DNA of 63,649 nucleotides, filler included, from Reticulomyxa filosa (lineage: Eukaryota > Protista > Foraminifera): assembly GCA_000512085.1 (NCBI GenBank). It is 16 parts of 16 records of this genome, joined end to end, with 100 filler letters (N's around TTAATTAATTAA, not from the genome) between each part and the next. Parts side by side here need not be neighbours in the genome. Positions count along the whole stretch, not along the records: positions 29,994 to 31,773 come from ASPP01001821.1; positions 31,874 to 37,083 come from ASPP01006596.1; positions 37,184 to 39,756 come from ASPP01004166.1; positions 39,857 to 40,941 come from ASPP01021565.1; positions 41,042 to 43,233 come from ASPP01020661.1; positions 43,334 to 45,262 come from ASPP01022195.1; 10 more parts are not named here. One strand, written 5' to 3'. This document shows, in pieces, positions 30,750 to 43,536 of this stretch. The notes beneath the pieces are model-generated. The model was not told where the DNA came from, made no database searches, and was given only the letters and a program-made list of their open reading frames with translations. Position numbers and translations under genes: made by a program. Position 1 is the first letter of the stretch; every line of letters begins with the position of its first letter.

Positions 30750-31710
30750 TTAAAACAAAGAGGATAAAACAGCGACAATGGCCACAATCAAATTGGAAAC
30801 AACAAAGAGTGAGGAAGCACTGTTGCTGCTATCAACAACAGTAGTGTGCTTATCAACAACAGTAGTAGTGTGCTTATCAACAACAGTAGTGTGCTTATCA
30901 ACAGCTGTAGTATCGCTATCGACAGCTGTGGTGTCACTATCGACAACTGTCGTTTGTGGTTGAAGGTTGCATTGATCGAACTATTAGAAAAAGCGCAAAC
31001 AACAATAACAGGATCTTTTTAATTTGTATACGTTCACAAAAAAAAAAATCTTCAAATAAGTAACACATTAATGATGTTCATAACTTTTCCGTAAATAGGG
31101 ACTTGAGAGTTTTCAGATATAATTAAAGTGAAAATATATTTACAGGTCGAACTAAATACCCAGGCATTGCAATACAAATTTCCGGCACAAAGTAAAGGAG
31201 CATTAGTTGTGGCCAAACTAGTTGTGGGCAAACCAGTTGTGGCCAAACTAGTTGAGTATTCAATTTCAGTCGACAATTCCAAATAACTTGACGAGGATTC
31301 GACATCAGTCGTGGTAGCCAACATACGACGGGTTGGATAATTGGTTAAGAATAATTCAACCAATGCCTTCTCACTGTCGCAATAGAATCTATTTCGGATC
31401 AAAAAAAAAAAAAACTACTTTTTTTTGTATATACCTTCTTTTTCTCATTCCCCCTCCTCTTTCAAAGGGCTCATTTTTATTTATTTATTTTTTTTTTTTA
31501 AACCTGGTTCCAAATGAGTTTAATGCACAACCACCCAATCCTGCATAAACAGTTTGCATATACGAACAGGTAGGACTAACAGAAAATTCAACTTTGGTAT
31601 ACGTATTCTGTCCTGAGCACACAAAGTATCCTTGATAACCTTCTGCACTGTCTCCTGTATTCCATACTGCAACATCAGTTGCTGACGAACTGCACATGTT
31701 GTCTGTGTAT
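30750..31710 (-). CDS. Cys-containing, Thr-rich putative GPI-anchored surface protein (multi-exon, 5' end missing)
   Basis: Exons with Cys-rich modules and a Thr/Ser-rich stalk (TSLATTGLPTTSLATT). The last exon reads FDQCNLQPQTTVVDSDTTAVDSDTTAVDKHTTVVDKHTTTVVDKHTTVVDSSNSASSLFVVSNLIVAIVAVLSSLF*, i.e. small residues followed by a terminal hydrophobic tail. Confidence 0.7.
30830..30952. repeat. Coding tandem repeat of about 21 bp (TT[A/V]VD[SD/KH] heptapeptide, about 6 copies)
   Basis: Repeated tatcaacaacagtagtgtgct-like units are visible directly. Confidence 0.85.
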
Positions 31711-32438
31711 GTCTTTTGTTATTACTTTTTTTTTTATATACGTGTTCCTTTTTTTTTAAAAAAAAAAAAAAAANNNNNNNNNNNNNNNNNNNNNNNNNNN
31801 NNNNNNNNNNNNNNNNNTTAATTAATTAANNNNNNNNNNNNNNNNNNNNNNNNNNNNNNNNNNNNNNNNNNNNAGTTCCTTTCGTATTACATTTAGTCTT
31901 CTCACAAATCCCACACTGCGTCCAATTTCAAGCAATTTAATCAAAGTAATTCAATTTAAATTCAATTAAATGCAATACAGCATTATTGCGTGTTGTATTG
32001 TAATTTATTCGTTATTTTTGTTTTTTTAAGCGAATGTTTAAATTTTTTTAAAAAATTGTTCAATTGTTCTCACAAATTTCATCAAGTTCACGACAAATTG
32101 TACTGACAAATATAAAAATGAAAGTGATAAACATTTTTTTAATTGCATGTAAATTTTGGGTGACCCTTTTTTTAATTGGACGCTCTTGCATTTGTAACAA
32201 TTTTAATTTTAATTGAATTATTTGTGAGAAAACTAATTGCCAAAAAATTTTTGACGAAAAATGATTTTAGAAAATTGTATTTGCAAAGAGGACAGCTGAA
32301 GAATGATTAAAATATTGCATGTATTGTCTTCATAATGACAAATGTTTGATTTAACGAAAAGGTGACAAAATTAAGATTTTCTACAGAAAACATCAATTTT
32401 AACAATGATTGCCTCTTGAAATAAAAAAGTTTCTGTTG

Positions 32439-33337
32439 TTAATGTTTCTTATTCTTCTCGAAATATTCTAATTTCTTTTCTGGATCAGGAATAATCTAGA
32501 TACATATCAACAAACATAAAGTGTGTTTACACGTTAAATAAACAACATAACAAAATTAAATAATATTACCGTCTTTCCACCTTCCTTCCATCCAGCAGGA
32601 CATACTTCACCTAATGTTTTATTTGCAAATAGCATTTTCTTTTTTCTATGAATTATTTCACAAAAAAAAAAAAAAAATTAACCATAATGATCGGTATATT
32701 GAAAAGCTTCGACCAAACGCAAGACTTCATCGACACTACGACCCACAGATGTGTCAGTTAAGGAAATATGTCTCACTTTACCTTTTGAGTCGATGATATA
32801 AGTGGCTCGAACAGTGAATCCTTCATCAGACATACAGTCATAATCTTTGGAGATTTTACCAGTAATGTCTGCCAAAAGTGGGATGTTCATTTCTCCCAAA
32901 CCTCCTTTTTCTCGGGGTGTTTCAATCCATGCCAAATGCGAAAAGTGTGAGTCGATGCTTGCACCAATCACTTCACAATCAAGCTCTTTAAACTCTTTCA
33001 CACGATCACTGAATTCAATGATTTCCGTTGGACATACAAATGTGAAATCCAAAGGATAGAAGAATAATACCTATTATTTCCCCCCCCCCCAATCGACCCA
33101 GGTGCAAGTGTGAATAAATCACATTTTGCAGGAGGGAAAAAAAAACAATACAATACATACCAAATACTTTCCCTTGTAATCTTGGAGTTTTATTGTTGAG
33201 AACTTCTTGTCGATCACCGCTGTTGCGCTAAATGAGGGCGCCAGTTGCTGAATTTGAAGATGTCGTTTCTGCACAAAGGTTCTTGTTGCTGCTGCTGTGC
33301 AGCGAGACCACAATCGTGAAGAAAATATAGAAGACAT
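32439..33337 (-). CDS. Typical 2-Cys peroxiredoxin with mitochondrial-type presequence (Prx3-like), 4 exons
   Basis: [15 protein letters not shown] (peroxidatic Cys), [20 protein letters not shown], resolving EVCPAGW, C-terminal [12 protein letters not shown]. The N-terminus is R/S/T/A-rich and free of acidic residues ([21 protein letters not shown]). Confidence 0.95.
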
Positions 33338-33763
33338 TAGAAATGAGTATTCCTTTTTCGATGTTTAGACCTCAAAAAGAGTGTTATATTTTATCGTACA
33401 TTTAACTACCTCTTTTTATATAAATGAGAGGTTTCTTGTATTAAAAAACTTTGACTTAAAACGTTTAGACGAAATTATTTGTGGTCGTTTTTCCTTTAGT
33501 GTGGGTCAGTCTGCAAATCATCAATAAATTTTTTTATTGAAAGAAAAGATATTTTTTTAACAAAAGCAAAACATGAACTCCTATTATTTATTTTGCTTAT
33601 CGTGGATACGTGGTAATAGAATTAACATTAGAAATGGTTGTATAGTGGATGCAATGATAGTATTTCTTTTGAAAACAAACAAAGAAAATAGTACCCAAAA
33701 AGCTTTATTAAATAGAGAAACAAAATACCCCAGTTTACATTACACTTACAATGAATCCAAACA

Positions 33764-34060
33764 TCATTGAAATTCACTGGGTAAAACAAAGTTTGCAGCG
33801 AAGAGTGAGGACAAAGAATGGTGATCTTCCACAGCAATCTTTACCTCTTCAATGGGCACGAGCATTGTCAGTTCAGTTTCCTGTTGCAGCGAGCAAAGTC
33901 TCTCCGAGGGTCGTAGTTTTGCTTCAAAAATGCCCAGAGTCACTAGACGATCAAAGATCACGTCAAGGTCTTTCAAAGAGATTTTGGGCAAAGAATAAGT
34001 CTTGGTCATATGTAAATAGAATTTCTTCAGCTATACAAAATATATTTGAAGAAGTAAAAC

Positions 34061-34091
<31 letters not shown>

Positions 34092-35981
34092 TTATTTTTT
34101 TTTTTTGCATTAAAAAATTACCTTGCTGACAGTCAGAGCAGCCGGTTTAATGTGCGACTTAAGCACTTCGACATCCGTTCTGAGATCATTCTTTTTTGAA
34201 AGCGCTTCATTGATTCGAAGCAGTTGCTGTTTTTTGCATGAGCGTAAGCCTTCGTTCAACAGCGCGCCCACCACGACGACAATCTTTTGATGATTCGGCA
34301 AATTCTTGATAATGTCTACCAAGGGCGAGCAAAAGCCAGCTTTCAGCACTGTCTGCATTTCAACCATGCCGACCTTGGCCTTGCATAAATCGTCCTCCTT
34401 TTCGCTCTTCTCCCTCCATTCTCCCAACAAATGGCTTAGCGCGTTCCGGCACAATTCCAAGCACTTGCGCACATCGCCATTCATTTTTGCCACCTTTGAT
34501 GCACACAGCTGAAGAGCTACCGGTTCAAAATATGACAATCCATTCTTTCGTTCCTTCTTACAACAACAAACAACAACAACAAACAAGCAAGTACAATATA
34601 TATATATATATATATATTTTTGAGATCTTGCACATCTTGCACAAACAACAAAAGTATACAAAAAAAAACTTGAAGAGTGGACACCGACGTCAAGCGATTG
34701 GTCAAAATGTTAAGCAATTGATCTTTTGTGTAAGGCTTAAAAATGAGCAGATGTGGCTCAATCTTCCTCGCCGCCAATCGAGGTAAGAAGCGATCGGTTA
34801 GGTCAATCGAGTTGGATATGCCAACCACCACCAACTGACTGCCGTCACGCTTGCACCATTCGAACAACTGGTACAACACCGTCTGGTGATTCCCCAACAG
34901 CTGGTCCATTTCATCCACGATCACCACGTCCTTCCTTCTGTTCCCACTCGTTACCCAATATCCCTCCAATTCTCCAATTGCTTCGTGAGGTGAGACATTC
35001 CTACATTTCATTTATACACACGCATATATATAAACATATACATATATATATATATGTATATCCAATCAAAGCTCAAAACTTTTTCAAACAGAATATCTTC
35101 TCATGCAGCACGCTGTATATCGATTGCGGGGTTGTCAGAGTCATCGCATTTATTGTAATGATGTGTCCAATCCCGAAGTGTTTCTGACAAGTTTAAAAAA
35201 AAAACAATTTTGAAAAATTAGGTTGCAACCTCATTTTTTTTTTTTGTTCTTAAACTTTTTTTCAGTCAACTCGTTTTGAATACTACAAATGGTCGCCGAT
35301 TTCCCAGTCCCAGGACTGCCACATATGTACAAACTATCACCGCCTTCGCTTTTTAGCACTCGTGCTTATTATTATTATTATTGTTATTATTATAATTTTT
35401 TTTCTTGTTAAAAACACAACAACAACAATGGCAACAACAAAAAAAAAAAACTGAAAAAATTTATGATGTATCGAATTTCTTCATCTCGTCCTTTCAATTC
35501 AACGTCGGTGGTATGTAGACACTCTTGAATGCGAAGGATCTCATTATTGAATTCAGTCCATGTCAACTTTGGCTCATAGCTGACAGCTTCATTTGTGTTA
35601 AGTCTCTTTTCTTGTTCTTTTGGTTTTGGTTTGTCGTTGTATTCATATCTCACATGCTTGTCCTCTTTGCTTATCTCTTTCATTTGCTCCTCCACTCTTT
35701 TTGTGTCCGTTCCTGCGCTCTGTTGCTGTCATTACTGATCACTCTTCTCTATTCATTTGTCATATTTTGCGTACGTGGTTTTTTTTTGTTTTGTTTGTTT
35801 GTTTAATTTTGTTTTGTGAGAGCAAACCAACCACTCGTCTTCCTCTTCTCCTCTTCGTCAATTCCATTATTTCCATTTTTTTTTCTATTTCTTCCACGAA
35901 TAAATATTCACCACTCTTTTTCTCTTCTTTTGCTATCGTGTCTCCGGAACAAGACCTCGGTGTTTTCCCAAGCGTACTCAT
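33764..35981 (-). CDS. CDC6: Cdc6/Orc1-family AAA+ replication-licensing ATPase (multi-exon)
   Basis: LKGRDEEIRYI; Walker A SLYICGSPGTGKS (about 35300-35340); INAMTLTTPQSIY; Walker B VIVDEMDQL; LVVVGISNSIDLTDRFLPRL; FKPYTKDQLLNIL; GDVRKCLELCR; winged-helix-like tail. Start position is approximate. Confidence 0.88.
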
Positions 35982-36541
35982 CCCTTGCTTTTAATTCGCC
36001 TTCTGACAACAAGAACAAGGACACAAATGTCGGTGTTCCTTGGCAATTTGAAAAAATAATCTATCAATGCAAGTGAAGGAAGAGAGATTGGATTAGGCTG
36101 ATCTTTGAATCTTTTTTGTTCCTGAAGCGGTAAAAACACAATCCCAAAAAATCGATTTCTTTTATAGTCGATTGACTGCAGTTCTCCGAATTTTTGTCAA
36201 AAGAAGCCAATTACACTTATTTTTGGAAGCTAGAGCAGAAACAAAAAAATTTGAATTTTTTTGGGACAAATAGTAATGTGCACATAACAGATGAAATCGT
36301 ATATCAATGCACAAACAGCATAACGCTTACATTGTGTGAATGGATGTCCAAACTTTTTAAAAAAGATGTTTACGAAATGTGAAAAGATATGAAAGAGGAA
36401 GACTAGAAGTAATTCTATATTGAACTTTAAAAGGGGGGGAAAAGGGCCTTTAATAAATAATTCCCAAGGGTGATAACCCTTTTTAACGACAAAAAAAAAA
36501 AACAAACAAGTAAAATAAAATTTTTTTTAAAAAAAAACGAT

Positions 36542-37083
36542 TCAGTACATTGGAGCAAATTTCCAACTCAAATAAGTGCGATAAGTAGCATATAGCGTGT
36601 CATCCCAGTTCAGCCAAGGCATAACTAAGCCACGTTCTTCGATGAGCAGATGTTGAAAGAGTTCATTTTGGAACTCTTTCAAGTGTTCAATCACCTAAAA
36701 AGACATCATTCATTCAGTAATAGGAATTGTAAAAAAAAAAAAAAAAAAGAGTTAAACTTGTGTCCATTGTTTTTGCGGCTGCCCTTGGAAGCAGCTAACA
36801 AGTTTTTGAGTAATGTTGGGGATGACTGAGTCATGTTGTTCATGCAAGGACTGGAAGTGGACGGGGAACAAGAGTTTGTGTGTGTCCGGTTTGACATGTT
36901 CCCGAATGAACTGAAACAATTGTTTTTCCTCAAACTCAGTGTGTCCTTCCAATTTGCTGTTAAACTTCAAAAAGTCCGATTTGACACTTTCCCACAGCAT
37001 CAAGTCGTTTTTCAAATTTTCTGCTTTTGCACTATTGCTGTCACCTATCGATATTTCCATTCAAAACACGTGTCAATAACTTT
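36542..37083 (-). CDS. Hemerythrin-like (HHE cation-binding) domain protein, 3' part
   Basis: The spliced product has LEGHTEFEEKQLF, LHEQHD and LFQHLLIEERGLVMPWL, the HxxxEE / H / HxxxEE pattern of hemerythrin-like four-helix bundles. Intron at about 36695-36757; stop at 36542. Confidence 0.7.
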
Positions 37084-37183
37084 NNNNNNNNNNNNNNNNN
37101 NNNNNNNNNNNNNNNNNNNNNNNNNNNTTAATTAATTAANNNNNNNNNNNNNNNNNNNNNNNNNNNNNNNNNNNNNNNNNNNN

Positions 37184-37657
37184 GTCGCTGTTTTCTAGTC
37201 GCTTTTAATATTGTTATATCATCAAACTGCTTCTCATTCGCTGACGTTCGTGCATTTTCAGATAACAAATGCTCTTGGTCATTCAATATTTGCCCTTGTA
37301 ATTTCATTTTCTTCCTACTTGTTTCCATATTTATGTTGGATTTTTGATCGCCACTATCTTCATCATGAAAGGATTTGGTCTTTTGTGAATTAGTCTCACG
37401 TCGTGGTGATACTTGACATCACTAATTTTGCCTTTGACAGCTCTTGCGTTTTCACGACTGTTGACATTATCTACAATTGGTCTATGTTTCCAATTTATTT
37501 CCTTACCAACAGAAGACACATTTGGCAATTGTGATTTAATTTTCTTTCCCTTGAGCAAGCAATTGGCTTGAACTAGACACATTTTGCAATGTGGTCGTGC
37601 ATATATGATGATCATTGCTTCCTTTTTTGATAAGACATTTTTTTGACTCTGCAGTCA
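37184..37657 (-). pseudogene. Unidentified basic coding fragment with frame breaks
   Basis: Consecutive ORFs 37331-37615 and 37128-37328 are separated by a stop; no motif recognised. Confidence 0.3.
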
Positions 37658-38177
37658 TCTTTGTTGTATAATTATTTTTTGGTTTTTTTTTTGAAGTGGA
37701 CGTTGTTCACTAGATAGCCTGGACTTAATTTATATTTTTTAAATATAAAGTTGGAAAGAATCAATTTATGAAAAGTAAACAATTTTTAATAAAAAATAGA
37801 AAATAATTGTCATAGTAAGTAAAACATTTTTTCCACTGATGATAAAAAAACTGAAGGATCACCATTTCACAAGTGTTTTACGAATGATGGTATTAAAAAT
37901 TCGATTTGATTTTTACGAGTCTCGAGAAGAAAAACTTAAAAAAAAAAAGAATAAGAGTATAAATCAATCTCCCACTTGCAATTTCATCAAATAAAAATAT
38001 GAGAAAAAGGAAAATTTGCACATTTATGCTCGCTTGATCGGCGAAAAGACCAAACCGATCATTTCTGCCTAATAAGAACAGAAGATAGCAGAAAGTAGTC
38101 AATGTTTAATTCCCCCTTTTTTTTTTTTTTTTGTTGACTATTTTGTCTACGCGTAGTGTACGCCGCATGTGCGCAAC

Positions 38178-39454
38178 TTATTCACCCAGGCGTTGAATGG
38201 TCAATACATTACAAAAGGAAGTGCCTTGATAACCGCCATTAGGATAGCAATATACATTGATTTTGTCATGCATTTTCAAGCGAGACATATGATTCAGCGT
38301 CAAGCTTTGATTCTCACTACCACTTGTGTTGCCATAACTCGCCGACACAGTACTTCTATTGATTTGCAAATACGCGCATTTATTAACATGATCACAGCTG
38401 AGGACTACACAAATGATATGAAATATTCCACCTTTTGTTATTACTATATCCGTGTTATCATTTTCCAATTTGAACAAATCTTTTGTGGTATTCAACGTAC
38501 ATTCGTTCCATTTTCTAAAAAAAAAAAAAATAAACAGGAATCACGTATAATATATACATTTACAAAAATATATGTACGTATATGTATATATGTACCTATA
38601 TTTTATGTACACACGTATATAAATAAACAGAAAGAGACCTGAAGCAAGTACTAGCATCTCTTGTTCTGGACTTCCAATGAGCAATTTCAACTCGATTTGG
38701 ATTGGATTGGATAAATGCTTCATCTTCTTCTTCTTCTCCAATTTCTCCACCTTCTTTCATTTCTTGGGATGAGAATCGAATTTTGAATTTATATTCTAGT
38801 TCCTCAATTTTTTTATTGAAGTGCTTCTCCATGTTTGCGCAATATTCGTGCTGCGCTATTATCTGAGTCGCAAGTTCGGTGTTCTTACACTGCAAATCTT
38901 TTATCATTTCCTCCAAGATTGCTACTTCCGATTGGATTATCTCGGACAAATAGAGACGATATTTCAACTCCACTACTTGCACGTCAATCACGATTGCCAT
39001 TTTGTCACCATTTTCAAACTCTTCACGCAAATTTTCATCCAACTCATTTTTTACATAGCCTTTATTTTGTTTTTTTTTTAAAAAAAAACAAAATAAAGGT
39101 TTTTTGTTTTGTTTGTTTGTTTGCTTGCTTCGTATTCGTTATTACTCAACCGATACGAACGACAGTGGCATTGCTCTTGTTGAAACAACTTTGAAGCACT
39201 TCCATAATTTTGTGCAATGTTTGCTTTGGATGAAATCCAATTTCAATCATTTCTTTTTGAGTAAAGGTTCGACCAAAAAATCGTTTGTTTTTCTTATTTT
39301 TCACTTGGATTGTTAACTCTGAGTTTTCTTTTTCCAATCGTAACTTAAAATCTAAATCGCTCAGTTCTTTTCGCGAAAGTACTTGTGCCACTGCCTCAAC
39401 TTTATTATCACCTTCTACTTCATATGCTGGTGCCACCAAATCTTCTTTAGACAT
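38178..39454 (-). CDS. Three-exon protein: globular head, coiled coil and beta-rich C1q/TNF-like C-terminal domain
   Basis: ORFs 39146-39454, 38596-39042 and 38178-38495 are separated by intron-like poly-T/(TA)n blocks. The C-terminus (IVITKGGIFHIICVV...AYLQIN...SLTLNHMSRLKMHDKINVY...NVLTIQRL) has the strand pattern of TNF/C1q-like jelly rolls. Confidence 0.6.
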
Positions 39455-39856
39455 TTTCCAGATCTTTCTTTTTCAAAAAAAATTTAAAGAACGATGCCCA
39501 CAAAACTTGCTATCTTGAAGTGAACTTTGACACGTTTTCAAAGTTATAGAAAGATTTGCGATTTAAATGAAAACGTGCTGGTAGATTCATTTGATAAAAA
39601 AAGAGAACAATAACTGCCCACAAAAAGAACAAACTTAAATTTTAAATTGTATCTACTTTTTACTTTGTTAGTACGTTCGAGTGTCTACTTTCTATTAAAA
39701 AATTTAGCTTAGTTGAAAGAATGTTGATTTCATCCAATAAAAAAAAAAGTTATTAANNNNNNNNNNNNNNNNNNNNNNNNNNNNNNNNNNNNNNNNNNNN
39801 TTAATTAATTAANNNNNNNNNNNNNNNNNNNNNNNNNNNNNNNNNNNNNNNNNNNN

Positions 39857-40193
39857 GAAAAGAATAACAAATTATTATATTAATTTTAAAAGAAAAAGAA
39901 AAAGAAGAAAAAGGAATAAGAGAATGGAAAAAGAAAAAAGACAAGAATGTGCCAATAGCGTTAGTGGCCTGGAAGCACATGAAAACTTGCAAGTTCGTGA
40001 AATATTGGAATTCGGCAAGCAGAGGCTCCCTTTGATGCAAGAGCAGTTACAACGAATTACAAATGACCAATTTCGTACTATCTACGACACTTTACGCCAT
40101 GTGTCTGATTGGAAAAAAGATATATTTGTTATTGGATCAATCTATAAATGGTTTGAGTTTTCATTCTGGACTACAAGCACCAAGACTATATAG
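39857..40193 (+). CDS. Hypothetical coding fragment (downstream part appears degenerate)
   Basis: 89-aa ORF of plausible composition; no motif recognised. Confidence 0.3.
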
Positions 40194-41041
40194 CACACCA
40201 TTTTATATATTGTCTATTTTTTAAAAATATATGTATATGAATATCTGTTTTGTTTGGGGAAAAAAAATAAAAACAAAATAATTAGTATAAGTAAGCTCCG
40301 ACGTACCATGATCATCCACAAGAATTGTAAAAGTTGATTTTAAGAACAAATTTGGTGGAGCAATACCTGCTTTTGGAGATAAAAGCATAATCCTGTCCTC
40401 CAAAATATTATTGGCATGTTTATGATTGCTTTTTTGTTTTCCATTTTTTTTTATTCCTTTGCTTGTTGACACAGCTTGTATTTGACAGACTTGGAAACAT
40501 TGCCCGGTGAAAGATTCCAAATTCCAACACTAACATAACAATTATCTGCCAAATTTCATTCGTTCAAGTGATGTTATGACGCATTTTTGGAAAAAAAGTC
40601 TGTGGAATTACCCAAAGTAAGAGAATTGGTCATGGTCATAGCCATGGTAATCAATGATTTTTAAAAAATCAATGGAGCAGTCACTCTATTTGACGTTGTT
40701 GAAAAACGCATTTCGAATTGTTGTGACATGTTATTTGTCCCTATTCATGGTGCAGAATCTGCTACTGAGACGATTACTTGTTTCTGGTTAACAATCTATT
40801 CATCTCTTGACTTTTCGATCGAGCAAATCGTATCAAAAAAAATACATGCCTCAAATATAAACACATAATTAAAGCAGAGTCTGATCACTTGGAATCACGA
40901 TTACAAACAGTAAAGGCCATTAATAATAATAAAAAAAAAAANNNNNNNNNNNNNNNNNNNNNNNNNNNNNNNNNNNNNNNNNNNNTTAATTAATTAANNN
41001 NNNNNNNNNNNNNNNNNNNNNNNNNNNNNNNNNNNNNNNNN

Positions 41042-41043
41042 AG

Positions 41044-41074
<31 letters not shown>

Positions 41075-41997
41075 AAGAATAAATCATGAATCCTTATGCC
41101 ATTGTCATTGCGCTCATACACACAGAACCGAACACTCGACTGCCTAACGTGAAGGTGCGCGACTATATTGACATCAATCCAACATCAAGACATCCCGGTT
41201 GGAAAGTTGGACAAATTCGACGAGTGGATCGCTTTTCTGGGCAAGTGCAAGTTGTTTACAAAGATAATGGTCAAGAGTTTTTGTATTGGGCACATTTAAA
41301 TAATCCTGACGAAGTCGCACCATTTATGACTAAAGCCGAACAAACTATACAAAGCCAAGGTTTGGAAACCCAGGAATCGATCCGAAGCGCTCCAAATCCT
41401 TCAAAAGAAAACAGCCATGGAAATGACAAACCAAAACATAACAAGAATGCTTCAGATCAACCGAAACCAAAAATTACTAACCATCTCTCCACTGAGAACA
41501 ACCGACCTAAAAACGAAAACGATAATGAACCTTCCGGAGCAACTCAACATGCGTCTAGTCAGTCCTTTTCATCACGGCGTATTACAGATCCACCATCACG
41601 GCCATTGCCGGATCTCAATTTAACCGGAAAGCATCTACCACCAAAGCCCAAACCAAAGAAAAAAGTTAGTTTTTATCTGTGTGATATATATATTTTTGTT
41701 AAAAACCTTTTTTTATATTAATGATCAAAACAAAAACGTGTCATACACTCTGACTATACAATCACTTTGATTTAATATGCGTATGTGTGCATATACAATA
41801 TACACATATATTTTTTAATAACGAAGCCACCTGTGCGCGGGAAAGCACCACAAGAAAATGATCAATTCGAACAATATGATTCACAAGAACAGGACAACAA
41901 ACAAGCAAACGATCCTGCAACTTTGCAAAAACATTCCCCACGTGAGCTGCCTCCATCCAATAATAAAAGTCCAACAACAAGAAATGCGTTGTATTGA
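41042..41997 (+). CDS. 3' part of a protein with a Tudor/Agenet-like beta-barrel and a Pro-rich disordered tail
   Basis: VKVRDYIDINP...GWKVGQIRRVD...QVQVVY...LYW...EVAPF has the Royal-family pattern. It is followed by PxxP motifs, an intron at about 41666-41827 and a last exon to 41997. Confidence 0.55.
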
Positions 41998-42847
41998 TAG
42001 TGTTTTTAATCCGTCTTATAGATGTCCACAGAAAATTCACTCTTTCGTAAAAAGAAGACTTCCAAATTTTTGCCAAAAAATAAATAGTTGTGTGGTTTGG
42101 TGATGTTCTTGTGCGTTTCATATGTTTTTTTTCTTAGTTATTGTGAAAACAAAAAGAATGGCTGTTAGGCTGTGAAAAAAAAGTGACATCAGTGGCAGAT
42201 TATTTTTATTTTATATTATTTGTAAAAAATTGAAGCCAAAGCTTGTAAACAGTGACAAGAATAACTTTTTTGGTACTTGCATATAAAATGAATTGCTTAA
42301 TATTTATCCAAGAAATGTGTTAAACTTTCAAACAATTCAAGCACGTCTAAGAAGAATCCACCACACTCAAAAAGACTTGTATTTTTACGTAACCAGAAAA
42401 ACCCATCGTCTACGCATAACTTACGTGAATTGTGTAAAAACTAAAAGTAAAAGGCCTGAACAAAATTAGCAAGTTCTTGCGGCTTGTATGTTTTTCTTCG
42501 TTGCAAACTAATATAACCAACTTATCCCCTTCCGTTCAAAGTCGATGCTTGTTTTTTCCATTTCCCAGTTCCGTTCCCATTCCTCATTCCCATTTCCCAC
42601 TCACATTCCCGTTTCCCACTCTCCTCTCCCCAAAAGGAAAAAACAAAGAAACAAGCTCTTCCAACTGGTACGTTGTTGTTTGATAACCATGTACACTCCA
42701 CCCAAACAACACAAACAAAACGTGAAATGAAACACACATCCATCGGATGACAAAAAGCTTCAAAAACAAAACAAAACAAACAAAACAAAAACAAATAAAC
42801 AATGAAAAACGTTCTTTCGTTTATCGCACACTTTGACGCGACAAACT

Positions 42848-43233
42848 TTACAAAAGAGGTACCGAGGGGTTACTGTTTCTTAAATTTCGAGAAGCAACAG
42901 GATTGACATGATGAGTAATATAGCCAGTAGGGGTCATTTTCCCGTTAGTGCAAGTAACAGATTCTCGTTGCGTTAGAGGGGAAGTAGGACGGATTGGAGT
43001 TGGCTGAGGTGGCGTAGAATAAGATACGTAGGGATGCTTCAGCAAATTAGCCATGGTGATACGTTTTTTTTCTTCGACAAAAATGTGTTGCAGCAAATCT
43101 GTCATAGATAAACCAAAAAAAAAAAGAGGAGAAGTCATGAATACTGTTGGTCCAAATAACTTGTGAAAAAAAAAAAAAAACCAAACCTAATGCTAAGGTG
43201 GGAACACAGTGTAATTGCCGTTGTGTACGTAAG
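42848..43233 (-). CDS. Protein kinase C-terminal end (subdomain XI) plus Pro/Thr-rich tail
   Basis: DLLQHIFVEEKKRITMANLLKHPYV matches the DLLxxxLxxxPxxRITxxxxLxHPW pattern. The upstream part is cut by the contig edge. Confidence 0.65.
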
Positions 43234-43536
43234 NNNNNNNNNNNNNNNNNNNNNNNNNNNNNNNNNNNNNNNNNNNNTTAATTAATTAANNNNNNNNNNN
43301 NNNNNNNNNNNNNNNNNNNNNNNNNNNNNNNNNAGTTAATCATTCTCTTAACTTAAGCAAACATTCTCAAATAAACTCAAAATTCGAAAATGTTATCGTT
43401 GGAGATTTTCGTAACACTTAATTCAAAGAAATATCTGCTTGAGTTAAGTTTATTTTTATGTTTTATTTAAACTAATTCAAAATATTATAAACAATAACAA
43501 CAATAAATAGAACAATTATCAATACAAAAAGAAATA

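Noticed and set aside
30778-30963. Plus-strand ORF with LSTTVV repeats
   Set aside because: It is the antisense reading of the terminal exon of the minus-strand GPI-type gene.
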